A DNA stretch of 64,000 bases from Callorhinchus milii (taxonomy: Eukaryota): assembly GCF_018977255.1 (NCBI RefSeq), contig NW_024704743.1:71550001-71614000 (forward strand), read 5' to 3'. A program made the translations under genes and the position numbers. The number at the start of each line of letters is the position of its first letter. Within the stretch, counting starts at the first letter, position 1. The notes beneath the pieces are model-generated. The model was not told where the DNA came from. It ran no database searches and was given only the letters and a program-made list of their open reading frames with translations. Of this stretch, positions 25,861 to 40,385 are shown in pieces.

Positions 25861-26738
25861 CGGGCATTACATATATACTAATATATTGTTTTTTTGATGC
25901 GTGGCAGAATTGCATTTCATGCCACAAATACATTGCAGAAAAAACAGATAGTCTAGATGATGTTCTCTCTTCCCCAATTTGCCACAGTACACAGTACATC
26001 AACATCGAATAATATCTGTAATACTCAATGCGCAAACCATTGCAGTTGGAGAAATGCTGGGGAAACAATGGGGTTGAAAAGGGCAGCAGTTCAAAATGGG
26101 ACTCACTAATATTGACTCAGAATTACTAACAGGGAATCCTGCCAGGAATCAAATCTATGTCACTGCCAACTAGTGGGAGCCCCATGATACACTTCTGGCA
26201 CTTCAAAGCTAGTCTTTGTGAGTCAGCCATGAAGCACTGTCAGTGACCAACAACATTTGCCTGTGATTGACACTGAGCTACTGAACAGTAAAAGTCACAT
26301 CAGTCTTATTTTTATAAATCGTATAAATGCCTAAGTCATACATTCACCCAAGTACGTTCAGTTTTTGACCCAAACCACTTGATTTCGTTACACGACTCAT
26401 ATTAATCACCTCCTACCTTTGTAACGCGCTCCCTTATCCTCAATTACTCCCACGCTTACTTGAGACCTTGAATCACTGGCAATTACATCCTTACCCGTTG
26501 ACTCGTGTGTGTTTACTGGCTGCATTAAATTACGCACGCGCAATGTAAATTATTGATTAAATCAGATTTTCTACGACTTCTACAGTTTTCTACACTCGGA
26601 CCTCACGTAAGTCATATTAAACATTATGGTCTTGTCTGATATAATTTATGCAAGTTTCATTGTATTAATTGATCCTATTGCAAAGCGCCACGTTTCAACC
26701 CCGACTATCAACTATATTCTTCCAGTAGCATAAATGAG

Positions 26739-27176
26739 CAACAACAACAACAAGATTTATAGAGCGCCTTTCACGTCGGGAGGACATCCCAAGGCACTGC
26801 ACAGTTGGGTCAGGACCCGAGCAGGGGAGAAATGGTCAGGGTGAGGGGAGGGAAGGGAGGGAGCGAGGAGGAGGTAGAGAGTCGAGAGGGGAGCTGAAGG
26901 CACAGTCAAAGAGAAGGGTCTTGAGACCGGCCTTGAAGGAGGAAAGGGAGGAGGCGAGGCGAAGGCACTGGGGGATAGAGTTCCAGAGCCTCGGGGCTGA
27001 GAGGCTGAAGGCCCGGCCACCGATGGTAGGGCGGTTGGGGCGGAGGATGTGGAGCAGACCGGAGCCAGAGGAACGGAGGGTACGGGCAGGTAAGTAGGGG
27101 GATAGTAGGTCAGAGAGGTAGGAGGGAGCAAGGCCGTGAATGGCCTTGTAGGTGAGGATGAGGATCTTGAATTCGA
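26739..27176 (-). mobile_element. About 440-bp L2 3'-derived element, copy 1
   Basis: EFKILILTYKAIHGLAPSYLSDLL...FKAGLKTLLFD, stem-loop and (TTG)n; near-identical to the copies at 39773 and 62307. Confidence 0.9.
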
Positions 27177-30100
27177 GCAATACATGAGCAGCAAACAATA
27201 CTCTGGGATTCAGCATGTTGCTGTCAATATTCTACTCACTGGGTGGAAAGCACCAAAAGCAAAACCATAAATGTTCCTGGATTCACTCCTACTGTAATAG
27301 TCCTACTCAAAACATTTTTTTTAAAAAACTGACGCACACACATGTTCATGCATGGTGCACATATGAGTCACTCTTAGTGATTTCTGAAAAGGCCTATTGA
27401 AAGTTTTGTAAAACATCTTCAAATAATCAATCTGTTTTTAAACGTTATGTTTAAGTGTTTGAATAAAAGCAGCTACTGCTCTCACAGAGAGAGATCTGAG
27501 TTCATCTTTGTCAAAAGGACAAATATTCTAACATAAAGCCACAACTGCAACTGTTTAACACACGTAATTAGCTCTAGTAATAGAAGACAAACCAATTTGA
27601 TGTAGACAAGTAATCAGTTACTGAAGGCTTTTAGCACTAAGAGCATAATAACTGCAATGCCCAGAAATCTCTTCAGTTTTACACGTGGTTGGATTTCAAA
27701 AAAAGTATAGTCACAAATTGCGGTTGTTTATGCAATTCTGATTTAGTGTTGGACTCATCAATTATGCACATGGATATTTGAAACAAACCAGAGACCCCAG
27801 AGTACTGTGTTGTAATAAAATGCACCTTTGTGTCTTCCAATCTGTGAAAATTAGACAATACTGGATCAGGGGGATGGGACCATGTGTCTGGAATGCCTTT
27901 GCCAAAGAACAACGGAATGGGCGTGTGTTCAATATCAGAGATGCAAAATCTAAAAAAAATTGGGATTTTTTTTAAGAAATAAAGCAGGATTAATTACCTT
28001 GTATGTAATACATTGTGACATTGATAGAATTCATCAATGACATCAATATTTTTTCCCTCAAATATGCTTGCTTTACATAAAAGACACAACCAGTGTGCTA
28101 GATTAGGCTTTTGTCAATATTTTCTCAGCCGTTTACAAAAGACCTCAGCAACTCCAAAATTATCAGGAACTTAATGGGAGGAAATTGAAAATATCACACA
28201 TATTACTTGAACGATTCATGATTTATTTAACATTTTTTAATCTCTGTTCCTTTCCCTATTTTTCTCCCGTTTCCAGTCGCTCTTAAGTCCACATATCTCC
28301 TACATCTAAGACGATAAATTAAATAACTTGGCTCTGAGGCACCATTAATGCCAGTCAACTCTCGTTCCAATCTTCCCTGCTCTGTGGGGAGGAGCCGCCT
28401 GCCTTTCAGTGGATCCTCACGGTAGTCAATTTCAAGAAATTGAACTCTACCTTCCTCCATGTTGTTGCTCCCAGTGCCCCAAGGCTTAAATATTTGCAGC
28501 ATTTTCACGGCAGCCACTTCTGTTTAAAAATAACTTACCGTACATTTGCTTCAAACGTTGTTTTTCAATGAATAGGTAGCTCGGAAGTGTCAAGAGTTGC
28601 AAGTGGAGAGCTACTTCAACCTCTTCCTGGGGATGAGTTCAAAGGAGATTTTTTTTTAAACCAATGATATTCTAAACAATGTCATTCACAGGGTTCCTCA
28701 ACAGAGCTCTGTCTTTATCCATTTCTTCAAGTAATCAGTGCAGTAAATGTATTGAAATGACAAGGGGATCCTCTAGAAGCCTGTCTGCTCCTTGTTAATG
28801 ATGTCAATATGATTTGTCTGTTTGCAAATCCATGACAGGATTTTTTTCTAGTCAACGTCGAGTGTTTCAAAAACCTATTATCTTACAAATCTCAAATTCT
28901 CATGTTACCATTACATTCGCTCTGAAATGTATATGGGCACGTTCTTGTTACAGTTTGCTTGTTACACAGGTCAAATACAAGGGTTCATATTTGCTCTCAA
29001 ACGGAGTGATATAATTAAAATCCTCAGTGTTCTCCAAATGAGTAATGTAATGAAAATCTCCATGGGAATATAGCAGCAAGTCACTGCAAAAAGAAATGAT
29101 AGGCATAAATTTAAGGTGATCACAAGAAGAATTAAAGGGGAAGTTAGAGAAAAAAAATCTTTACACGGGCGATAAAAATAATTCTTGCATTTGATATAGC
29201 ACCTTTCACATCAGGAGTCTGTCTTAAGGTGCTTCATGGTATATAATATAAAGTGTAATGACTGCATTTTAGTCAAGTAGGTGACTGTGTATTTTGTGGG
29301 ATGGTTGCAATGAAGCATAAATTCATAAATTATTTTAATAGGGACATTATCAGTGCCTAAAGGGGAAACATATTAAAGTGTGTGGGGAACGAGCAGGAGT
29401 ATAGGATTAGACTAGGTAGCTCATGTGGAGAAAACAAACAGAATAGATTTTCTGTTCTGTAATATTGTATGATTTTATAATATTAAACCAGATACTCTTC
29501 TTTTGTAATTTAATGGATGTTTTGAAGTCATTTGACCCTTTACATATTTTTCTACTCCTGCATCAATGTCTCCACGTACCCAGCTCACTAATTTTCCAAA
29601 GAACCATCATGTGGAGGATTCAATGCTGGAGTAGCATAAATGGCAATCTTATTTGCCCCAAAATTCAAATGCTGCTCTCTTGGGTTACATTTATAGTAGA
29701 AATATGATTTCCCCCAAAATCTAAAAGGAAACACTTTACTGAGGACAGGAAATCTTCTTACTCCAGCTCCTGTTAACCCTGCCAGCCAAAGCCCTAACGG
29801 CTAGGGTGGTCCTAGCTGGACAGACACAATCTCAATGGCAAGCTATGTGGTTTTAGTTGGCTAGACTCCAGCAGTATTCCAACGCACTCTCTGGGGTCCC
29901 GAAGCCTTGCCAACCTGCACCAAATATGCTCTGGAATTAGGTATTCAAGATGTGTCCTTCAGGGAAGAAGGTATGTATTTCATTCCAGATATAGGAATTT
30001 CCATTGGCGGTGGGATGCATGGAATTTTTGGTCTGGTTTGGATACTCTTAAACATGGCAATGGGTTTCTGCATCTGTCAAGTCACCCACTGCATACAAAA

Positions 30101-30904
30101 TAAGGGCAGCAGTCAATGCTGAGTCAGATAACTCCTTTTACAAAGAACTTGAGGAGGAATTGCTTGCGAATGGAAATGGAGAATATATTCAGACCCTGTT
30201 ATGACATGGTGATTTGGGTTCATAAGATTACACCACACGTTATAACAAGGTGCATTATAGAAATGGCTGCCACTATGTATATGTGCTATGTGCAGGAAGC
30301 ATCAATGACTCTCGCAGGATGCTGGCCAGTTAAGTGTCAGGAGCTGGAAGTGAACCTTGAACCTTGGTTCAATGAGTGATCAATTAATAAACTGACCCCA
30401 TCTTATGTCGGACCCAGCCTAAAGGGATAGATAGGGATGGATAGATGATAAGACAAGGATGATTCATCTCTAACTGAGATGAATAAATATTCCACAAGAC
30501 CAGGGGTCAATATCTATGTCTAAGATATTGCGCCCTAAAGAGAGAGGAAGGGGAGAGAAAAAGAGGTTTCATTTAGTGTGGGTCGAGGACAAAGTTTAAT
30601 ATTAGAGTGCTGTGAGTTAGCAAGTACCATTCTCACACAACCCCTGTAGAACAGCTTGCTGCTACAAGCCTCCTACTATTTTCATTCCAGTATTGATTTT
30701 GCTTGAAGCATTCATATTCTCTTTCAACCCTTGAGATAATCAAAAAGAGAGGGTTATAATTAAGAGCTGTAACTTTATTCAAGTAACAGCAATCTCTAAA
30801 TAAAACAGGAAAAGAATAAAAGCGGAATGGAAAGTACTGTAGTCACTGATGTGGACAGTAGTAAAGGATTCACATGTGAGGGAGAAGGAAATTCACATGA
30901 GGGA

Positions 30905-31390
30905 GAACTCTGCAGCTTGTGTCCTTGAACTCTGCAGCTCATGTCCTCTCCCACCTGGCTCCCCAGGCCTTTCACCCCCATCCTCGCCTGGCTCCATTGG
31001 CTTCCCCCAGCAGATCGAGTTCAAAATCCTCATCGTAATCTCTAAATCCCTCTACGGTCCTGCCCCACCCTACCTCAGCGACCTTCTCAAATCTTAAAAA
31101 CCCGATCGCTCCCTTTGATCAGCGATCACTGGCCGGCTTCACATCCCCTGCCCTACCAAAGAGTGGTCAAAGAAGAAGGTCTTGAGAGGGACCTTGAAGG
31201 AGGCGAGGGAAGGGGCAAGTTGCAGGGATTCTGGGATGGAGTTACAGAGGGTGGGGCAGAACTCCAACCCAGAGTCCCTACAACCTGCCCACCACCCCCT
31301 ACCCCCTCTGCTCCGGTCCTAATCCCTAAGTGTTCAGCGCCTTGGGACGTCCTCCCGATGTGAAAGGCGCTTTACAAATGTAATTTTGCA
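30905..31390 (+). mobile_element. L2 3' fragment with an internal inversion
   Basis: Plus-strand L2 on both sides; 31162-31260 is in reverse orientation. Confidence 0.8.
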
Positions 31391-32329
31391 ATATGTAATT
31401 ATATTGTGTAACTACTGTATTGACTTGAATCTAAGGCACAGGCCTTTTCATTAAAACATACCTCTGTTGTGGATTTTGTATCAAAATCTGATGGAAAACT
31501 CTGTCCTTAGCTTTGAGTAAGTACAGTAGATTAACTGCTGTTTGGCTGAACTGGATCAATAGGACCTCTACTTATTTCTAAACTCAGGTGGCAGCAGTCT
31601 GAGGAGGCATGCCACGGTGTCAAGAAGCCAATCCTTTTTCCCCCTTCGGTTTTGGTCATTTGACACATGATCAGATACTTTCACTCTTTAGAAACGGCTG
31701 ACAAAGTAGGTAACAAGCTTAAAATATAACACCCCACTTCATGAAACTGTGTGAGAATACAGGTGTCAATTTGGCCTGGCCTCAAGTATCAATTTTATAT
31801 TTTTTGCTTTTGCACTTAGATTTCCAATCAGTTCTTCAGAGTTGTTTCAGAGGAATGGGGAAAGCGACCAAGCCTACAGAAAACGAACATTATATAACAC
31901 CCACCCTTTTCAAATACAGCGTTGATACACTTCAAAAGCGAGATTTCTCGTAAAGCTGAAGTGTGCTTCAGAAGATGCATGTTTCATGGCAATCAAAAGT
32001 AAAATGTATTACTAGATAATTGTACGTATTAGGCAATTTATTTATTTCCATTTTAGCTTGGTTCAGAATCACAGACATGCTGCTAGCACATATTATTGGC
32101 ACTAACCTCTAACTGAATTGTAAACGTAACTGCAATCGACTGGAAATAATTTGTTCGTTTTAAAACTGGCAGCAGCGCTAAATGAAATTTCCCATCAGCT
32201 TTTGTGCTGTTGGGATCAATCATATCCTGGGTGGTGAGTAAACTGAGAACAATACAAAATGTAGGATAAATGTTCAGACGTTTGCATTTTGTCATCAGAT
32301 CTACTTTTGTATTGCTAACTAGGTAGGTT

Positions 32330-33010
32330 AACTAATCAGTTAACTTGATTGCTCGCTCATGCACTCTGCTGCTGAGATCCTCATTCATGTCTCTGTTACC
32401 TCGAAGATAAACTTCTCCAACCGTTATTTCTTAGTTCCACCCTCCACAAGCTCCACCTGATCAAAAACTTTGCAGCCCATATTCTCTATGATCCTAGGTT
32501 TCACATACCCATTCCTCATATACTCAGCAGGCTTTACTGGCTCTCAGTTTCAGAGTGGGTTGATTTTTAAAATCCTGGCTTGTCCTTCTTACTCCCTTTA
32601 CACTTTCTACCATTGTTCTAAGTTACCACGCAGAACCTTAGCGCATGATCCCAGCATCACAAAATCTGATGGAAAATTTTTCTTAAGTTTCTCCCGCCTT
32701 ATTATCTTACCCCTATTCCACATCCCTCCAATTCTTGGCTATTCCTCACTCTCTGTCTCACTTTTGGTGGCTGAGTCATCAGTCACTATGTATCTGCCCT
32801 CTGGAACTCTCTCATTACATTGCTTCTCTCTCTGCTTTCAAAACTGAAACTCTCTTTTGAACATATCTTTGACTGTGCCTATCACCTACATCCTTATTTT
32901 TTTCCTCATTTGTCCCTGCTGGGTGCTTGCTATCTGTATCTGTTAAGTTTTTCAAAACATCCATCCTATGTGAAAGGCACTTATAAAAGTTCAATGTTTT
33001 GTTGTTTGTA
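32330..33010 (+). mobile_element. Old degenerate L2 3' fragment
   Basis: Residual ORF2-end motifs and tail gtgaaaggcacttataaa..ttgttg. Confidence 0.55.
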
Positions 33011-33589
33011 ATATCAAGAATGCTGGCATCAAGATCAAATAATTTACAACTTAAAATAAAATGCATATAAAGGAGTAACCAATAATCATCAGAACCTATT
33101 CAATGATCTTTCCTGATTTGACCTGATTTGTACAGTATTAAGGAATTACTGTGTCTGTGTAACTGAACTGCACATACATGAAGCAATGGCCAAATTAAGC
33201 CTCCTTTCAATTCTTTGACCTCCTTGCCTTTTTTCTTTTGTGCTCTTAAGTAAAGGAAAATCCCTGTAACATGTTATTGCCAAAACATTGCTCTGATGCT
33301 GCTCTGCGTTGAGATTTTACAGCTCAGTAAAATGTTTAAAACTGTAATATACTTCAGATCTGAGGAAAGTGGCAAATTCACATGAGGAATGCCCATTGAA
33401 GCTGTTGTTCAGTTTTCCGCTGTTTGTAGGTACTGTAGCATTTCTAGGTACAATCTGCTAAGCAGTTATTCTTTTAACCGGCACAGCTTAATTTCCACAG
33501 GATAGATTCAGTAAAACAAGACATTTTGAAACTCTCTTCTGTCATCTATTCTCCTAGTTCTATTACCCACAAGGTGCAACAAAAACAAA

Positions 33590-34062
33590 ACATCACTGCC
33601 CATATCCTCACCCGTACCAAACTGCACCCCGTCACCCCAGTCCCCACCAGGCCTCATTGACTTCCTGTCTTCTAACGGATCAACTTCAAGATCCTCATTC
33701 TCACATACAAATCACTTTACATCCTAGCAGCTCCATACTTCTCTGACCTGCTGGTACCCTGCTCCTCTGTCTGCCCCTTCGCTCAGCTAACACAGGCCTG
33801 TTGCATGTTCCTAATGCCTCCGCACCATCATCAGTGGTTGTGCCTTCAGCCACAAGGCCGATAAACTCTTGTCTCAATCTCTCCACCTCACTCCCTCTTT
33901 ATCTTTAATTCCCACACGAAGACCTAACTATTTAACTATACCTACGGTCACCTCCCTTTCCTCTTCTTCCTTGCCCGGCGTTCACTCCCATCACTGTAAA
34001 GACCTTCAGGATGCTACCCTTCATGTAGGGCACCATATAAATGCAAGTTGTCATTGTTGTTG
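33590..34062 (+). mobile_element. Old L2 3' fragment
   Basis: ggatcaacttcaagatcctcattctcacatacaaatc...; tail caccatataaatgcaagttg. Confidence 0.65.
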
Positions 34063-35150
34063 TGACAATTCCTTATATCCACAAGAAATAAACAAATATT
34101 TAATTTCAGATCTGAGGAAAGAGTAGTGAGGTTCTTTTTTTCAATTCATGATGTGGAACAACAACAGAAATTATTGGATCGCGCAATAAAAGGAAGTCTT
34201 GCTAAACAAGAATGCTTTAAAGTTACCTAATCCAATATCCTGCCAAATAGGAAAAGTATGGGGACCAGGTTCTGTTGAATTTGTACTGAGGGTGTATTGT
34301 AACATCAGTTCTTATTAACATATTCCTCAAATACTGTAGTATGAACAGTAACGCAGCACCACATTCCCTTTGATTAAAACTGTATTTGATCCTGGAATAT
34401 AAAATCACAAACTATCATATTTAAAGCAACTCAGAACTGTGGAGTGCATTTAAATGAGAACAATATGCTCATGAGTTAATGGAAACCACAACATTCATCA
34501 ACTGGACAAAATACGTCAGATGTTTCTTTTTCCTGACTAAAAATGCTAGATAACACCCAGTAATGAATTGAGGCAGTTTTTTCCACTGTCAAATCCAGTA
34601 CTAGGAAAGTAATTTTTCAATTTCAATCATGTTTAAATTTAATAACAAACCATGTAGCGCACAGAATGAAGGAATTACAGTATTACATAACCTCTTGAGT
34701 GGAGAGAACATAAGTATGCTGTAATATTGCAGCAAACTATGGAATTTCAAAACCCTTCAATACCTGCACCTTCAAAATGTCTCACAGCTGGATACCAAAG
34801 CATCTCTTTCAATTATAAGGTTATTCGTGTGTGACTACATTCAAATGCAGCACAAACTGTGCTCCATACATGTACAATGTTCATTGAACTAGATTATCCT
34901 TCCTAATGTTCCTTCGGAATGGTGTCTAAAACCCCTCTAACAGGATTTATAATAATTCTTGCAATTGATATAAGCCTTTCATCTCGGGAGGATGTTTCAA
35001 AGCGCTTCACAGGATTTACTGTAAAGTTTAGTGACTGTGTAAATTGTAGGCGAACGCAGCAACCAATTTGCACATAGCACAAGCAGCCATGAAGTGAGTG
35101 ACCAATTTTATTTGAGGGATTGTTGGCCAGATCACCAGGAGCAACTCTGA

Positions 35151-35501
35151 AAATAATAATAATCCTTGCATTTGATATAGCGCCTTATCACTTCTTCGAG
35201 ACGTATCAAAGCACCTCATAGAATATACTGTAAAGTGAATACACTGTATATTTTGTGTGTAAAAAGTGGCAGCCAATTGTACCCTGCAGTGTTCCACAAA
35301 CAGTCATGGATTGAGTGACCAATTTATTTAGAAGGGATTATTATTATCCCCAGAAAAGAGATCTGCCAATTGACTAACCACAGGGTTCCTACTTACTGCG
35401 AGCTGTGTGGAGTAGGAAACTTGCCCAACGTTTCACCCTGCCGGGAATCGAACCCAGGTCTCTTGCTTGCGAGTGCTCTAACCACTGAACTACAGGACTC
35501 C
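35151..35501 (-). mobile_element. tRNA-SINE long variant
   Basis: Head, extended gcagtaagtaggaaccc segment, body and tail. Confidence 0.85.
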
Positions 35502-36967
35502 ACTTGGCATTGCAAATGTTACATAGCAGAACTGAAAAATAGTACAGAACCAGATTTAATTTATTTAACAGCCTCATTCCCTAAAAAAGCAAACTGAAGA
35601 AAGGTAAATTTATATAGGATCCATTAAAATACAGGTAGCAGTGGCACCGAACTGATTGGTTGAATGGCCTCCTTCTGTGTAGAATTGCTTTTATATTTTT
35701 CATTGAAATGTTGGTGTCTCATTTCTACTATATTAAATGGAGATACTAAATTATTGTGTAATTCAGCATCTAAAGGAATCCAATATTCAGTCAGGCTCTG
35801 GATTCTTGGCTCTATTCAGTCAGGCTCTGGATTCTTGGCTCACCAGCTTCGTATTTCATCAGTTCCAACCTTGTTTCGCACCATCACCATAGCAATGTGG
35901 CAAATACATAAATTAATTCCTGGCATAAATAAAGTTTAAATGTAATATTAAATACCAGATGGATAGACGAGAATTGGAAGCACTAATTCAATCTCAGAGT
36001 TCAAATGATCAACAAACTTTTCGAGCTGGGATGTCATGTTCACGATGTAATACGAACCCAGTGGTAGGAACACTAGAGGAGATTCGAACAGGAGAAAGCT
36101 ATTCAGCCCTTTGTGGCTATTCCCTAAAATCATTCCATGGTGCCACACAGCCCTACTTCCCCAATCCCACTTCCCTGCCTTCTGCATGCCAAGTATCTAA
36201 CCCTCTCTTTCTTGAATCCCTCAATCAATTTCTCCTTTATAGCTTCATGGGGCAATGAATTTCTTCGAATGAGGCGTTAAACCAAGGCCCTGACTGCCAG
36301 TCAATCCAAACCGAGGCCCTGACTAATATCGATCGAAACTGCCTGTTTGTATCGACATTAAAGATCCAATGACACAACTCCAAAACGTAGGGAGTTTCTC
36401 CTGGTGTCCTGCTCAGCAATCCTCCAGCTAAATTAGTCATTCATGTACAAATATCTGAGATTTTGCTTTGCACAAAGTGACTACCACTTTATCTATAAAA
36501 ACAGTCACTACACTTGGGGGCAATTGTCTTTGAAGTGGTTTGAAACATTCCATTCTAGGTGCTATATTAGCCAAGGATTATTTTTATAACCCCATAATAA
36601 TATTTGCTGTTCATAGGACATTATTGGCACAGATTAGTTGCCATGTTAGTCTATACAACAACATTCATTTCATTATTAATCAATTTACACTACACTGTAC
36701 TGAAAAAGGGCTTCGAGACATTTATTTTTATGTGAAAGGCACCATATAAATGCAAGTCATTATTGAATCACATTCTGTTGCTTGCACCAGCTGTGCTTAC
36801 AAGCCATTCATCCAACCAGGTTTGCATTGGAAACACTGATGACTAACCGGTTTCCTTTGTTTTAAGCTAAATTCAGTATACCAACAAATGTTATATTCTC
36901 ACCTTTTAAAATAATGCAAATGATTAAAATGATGGCACGCAAACTGACATCTACGGTAATAGATAAT

Positions 36968-37292
36968 GGAGTCCTGTAGCTCAGAGGTTAGAGCACTCGT
37001 TTTGCAAGCGAGAGACCCGAGTTCAATTCCAGGCAGAGGGCGAAACTTGGGCAAGTTTCCTTACTCCACACAGAGCCTAATAATAATCCCTCCAAAACCA
37101 AAAACAATAATAAAATTGGTCATTTTCAATCTACGACTGTTTGTGGGACATTGCTGTGCGCAATTGGCTGCTCCGTTCGCCCACAAATATACAGTCAATT
37201 CACTTTACAGTGTGTTCTGTGAAGCGCTTTGGGACGTCCTCCCGACGTGAAAAGCGCTATATCAAATGCAAGGATTATTAATATTATTATTA
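36968..37292 (+). mobile_element. Young tRNA-Ala-headed SINE
   Basis: Near-identical to 20199-20523. Confidence 0.92.
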
Positions 37293-38549
37293 TATAGATT
37301 TGACCAGAGTCTAGATTTAATCTATTCACCTGGCGTTTTAGTGCATGTAGGATTTGGCAAAGTATTAAATTCAGTCTCAACTTTTGACTTTTTTTTATTC
37401 TGAACATTGTGAAATGCTAAGAAAATAGAGTAAATCTAGATGCAGGAGGAATTTCTATTCCCTGCTTCAATATATCCTACAGTTGCCTTCTAACAAATGC
37501 AACAGTAGCTCATTTTACATGGGATCACTGTATTATATCTAACAACGTTTTTCTTTCCTATATCTTTATTACATCACGCTCTCTGTAGGCCAGCATCGTG
37601 AGGAGTATAGGAATCCAAAATATTCATGAAAGATCGTTACATTGGGAAAGCTCTACAGGAAATTTCCTTATATGTTGAGCGTGCCCTCCTTTACAGATTC
37701 CAGTTAGTCTGGATCGATATTAATGGATCCCTTTCTGAATTCATTTCTAGCCTCATAAACGCAGTCTTAAGTCACTACAAAAAAATACTACCTGGAGTTG
37801 TTCAGAAATACCGCATGTTTAAAAATATTTATTTTTCACTAGAGTGAAACCATCCATCTATTTTCTCCAATGTGTTTTCCAATAGCTTGGTAAAGCTTTC
37901 TTTAAAACCATGGAACATTTATAGACGGTAACTACCAGGGTTTTGCACAACAGGCTAGTTTTAACAGACAGAAAGTTGATGCACTTTACAGTAGTGAAAC
38001 TCAGAGATACAGACCGAGAGAGAGTGTTGCCTGGATTGAGCCACTTCATTATTTGTTTGCAGTGAATAATATTAATAATATGGCTAAAATATCTCAAACT
38101 ACCTTACAGTAATTACTGTTAAGTGTAGTGATTGACGGACAAGCCAGCCAATTTGTGCACAGCAATATCGCACATCCTGCATCATATGGTACAACTGCCT
38201 GTAATGATTTTCCACTTTTTTAAAAGGTATAACATGTTATCAAATCAAATAGATGTCAAAAAATGTCTCCACGATCAATGGAGGTACAATGTAATTGATC
38301 CACGAGATTGAGCAGTGCATCGGGCTGGAACACCATCCTTTATCAATTTGTACCAAATTATGGTCAGTTTTATTCTGTGGATCCACATCTACTCAGAATC
38401 GTGCCACATTTTGACCAAACACATTTCACTTAGGACTCAGTAGAGTGAGGAAACTTTCATCCATGATACTGAGTTCGTTCTGAGTTAGGAAAGTCTCAAT
38501 AATGATCTCATCTTCTTCTCCATATGAATCCAATACTATATATACCCGT

Positions 38550-39015
38550 TTGACATCAGAACACTGCCACCCGCATTCTCACGAACGATAAACTCTGTAC
38601 CCCTATCACACCAGTCCTCGCAGGGTCCACTGGCTCCCCGTCACAAAGTGATTTGAAGATACACTCTCCTACACATCCCTTCACGCCTTGGCACCTCCCT
38701 ACCTTTCTGATCTACTTTCTCCCCACTCCACTACCCTCTGCCTTCGCTCGGTAGACTCTGGCCTCCTTCTTGTCCCTCGTGTCCTCCTCTCCACCATCGG
38801 CAGCCACAGTTTCAGCCACTACGCCCGAAGCTTTGAAACTCTTCTCCCCCAATCCATCCGCCTCGCCCCTCCTTCCCCTCTTTTAGATCCCAAATGAAGA
38901 CCTTCCTCTTCGACCATATGGTCACTTCCTCCCTCTCCCCACCCGCTGGTTCTGTTAAGTGCTCCCAGATACTGCCCCGCATGAAAGGCGCTATATAAAT
39001 GCAAGTTGTTGTTGA
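38550..39015 (+). mobile_element. L2 3' fragment
   Basis: LAPPYLSDLL motif and tail gaaaggcgctatataaatgcaagttgttgttg. Confidence 0.75.
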
Positions 39016-39149
39016 TATCTCCAAACTCCAATCCCTCCAAAACAAAAATAATAATAAATTGGTCATTTTCAATCCACGACTGTTTGTGGGACACTGCTGT
39101 GCACAAATGGCTGCCGCATTTCGCCCACAAATAAACAGTCAATTCACTT

Positions 39150-40385
39150 CATCTCCTTCACCACCTCCACCTTTTGAGCACCTCACCCTCTCCCACCCCT
39201 CCCATCTCTCACTCAAAATCCTACTCCTCTACCAACCTCCTAAAACCTCTTCCACCTTCATCTCCGACATTTCTACCCTAACATCTCTCTGCCTCTGCTC
39301 TGATCGCCTCATCATCCTGGGCGACTTCAACCTGCACTTCACCCCCGCCTGCTCCACCTCTTCGGACTTCTCCTCCCTCCTCTCCTCACTCAACCTCTCC
39401 CTCAACATCAACTCCGCCACTCATGTTCACGGCCACCCACTCGATTTGGTGATCACCCGGGGCCTCAGTGTCTCGGATGTCACCATTACCGATAAGGCCG
39501 TCTCCGATTGCCACTTCATCTCCTTCACTACCTCCACTCCACTCCCTACCTCCACCAGACCCACCACCATCTTCTACCGCCCCTGCAAGAAGTTATCCCA
39601 CAATCTCTAACAGCTGCCTTGGAGTCCTCTGAACTCCTCTCCCTCTGGCCTTCATCCCTCACTGACCCCTCTTCTGCTCTCACCCTCCACCAAAACACCC
39701 TCTCCTCCACACTCGACACTCTTGCCCCCATCACCTCCCGTACTGTCTCTTACTCTCGCTGCTCCCACTCCCATCGAATTCAAGATCCTCATCCTCACCT
39801 ACAAGGCCATTCACGGCCTTGCTCCCTCCTACCTCTCCGACCTACTATACTCCTACCTACCTGCCCGTACCCTCCGTTCCTCTGGCTCCGGTCTGCTCCA
39901 CATCCCCTGCCCCAACCGCCCTACCATCGGTGGCCGGGCCTTCAGCCTCTCAGCCCCGATGCTCTGGAACTCCATCCCCCAGTGCCTTCGCCGCCTCCTC
40001 CCTTTCCTCCTTCAAGGCCGGTCTCAAGACCTTTCTCTTTGACCGTGCCTTCAGCTCCCCTCTCGACTCTCTACCCCCTCCTCGCTCCCTCCCTTCCCTC
40101 CCCTCACCCTGACCATTTCCCCCCTGCTCGGGTCCTGACCCAACTGTACAGCGCCTTGGGACGTCCTCCCGACGTGAAAGGCGCTCAATAAATGGAATCT
40201 TGTTGTTGTTGGTTCACCACCAACCTCCACTCACTGAAGAGCCAGGTGCGGGCCGCTGAACGCACCTGCCTCAAATCTGGCCTAACGGTCCACCAGCAAA
40301 TCTGGCTGGACCTCCTCAAAACCTACCGTTCCACTCTAGCCTTGGCCAAGTCATCCTTCTACTCCAGGATAATCCTCCCGGATAA
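39150..40385 (+). mobile_element. L2 ORF2 5' part (APE endonuclease and linker), interrupted at 39773-40210
   Basis: LLYQPPK...LIILGDFNLH...HGHPLDLVITRG...SDCHFISF (APE motifs); resumes after the insert with WFTTNLHSLKSQVRAAER...AKSSFYSRII. Confidence 0.85.
39773..40210 (+). mobile_element. About 440-bp L2 3'-derived element, copy 2
   Basis: Begins atcgaattcaagatcctcatcc and ends in (TTG)n. Confidence 0.9.
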
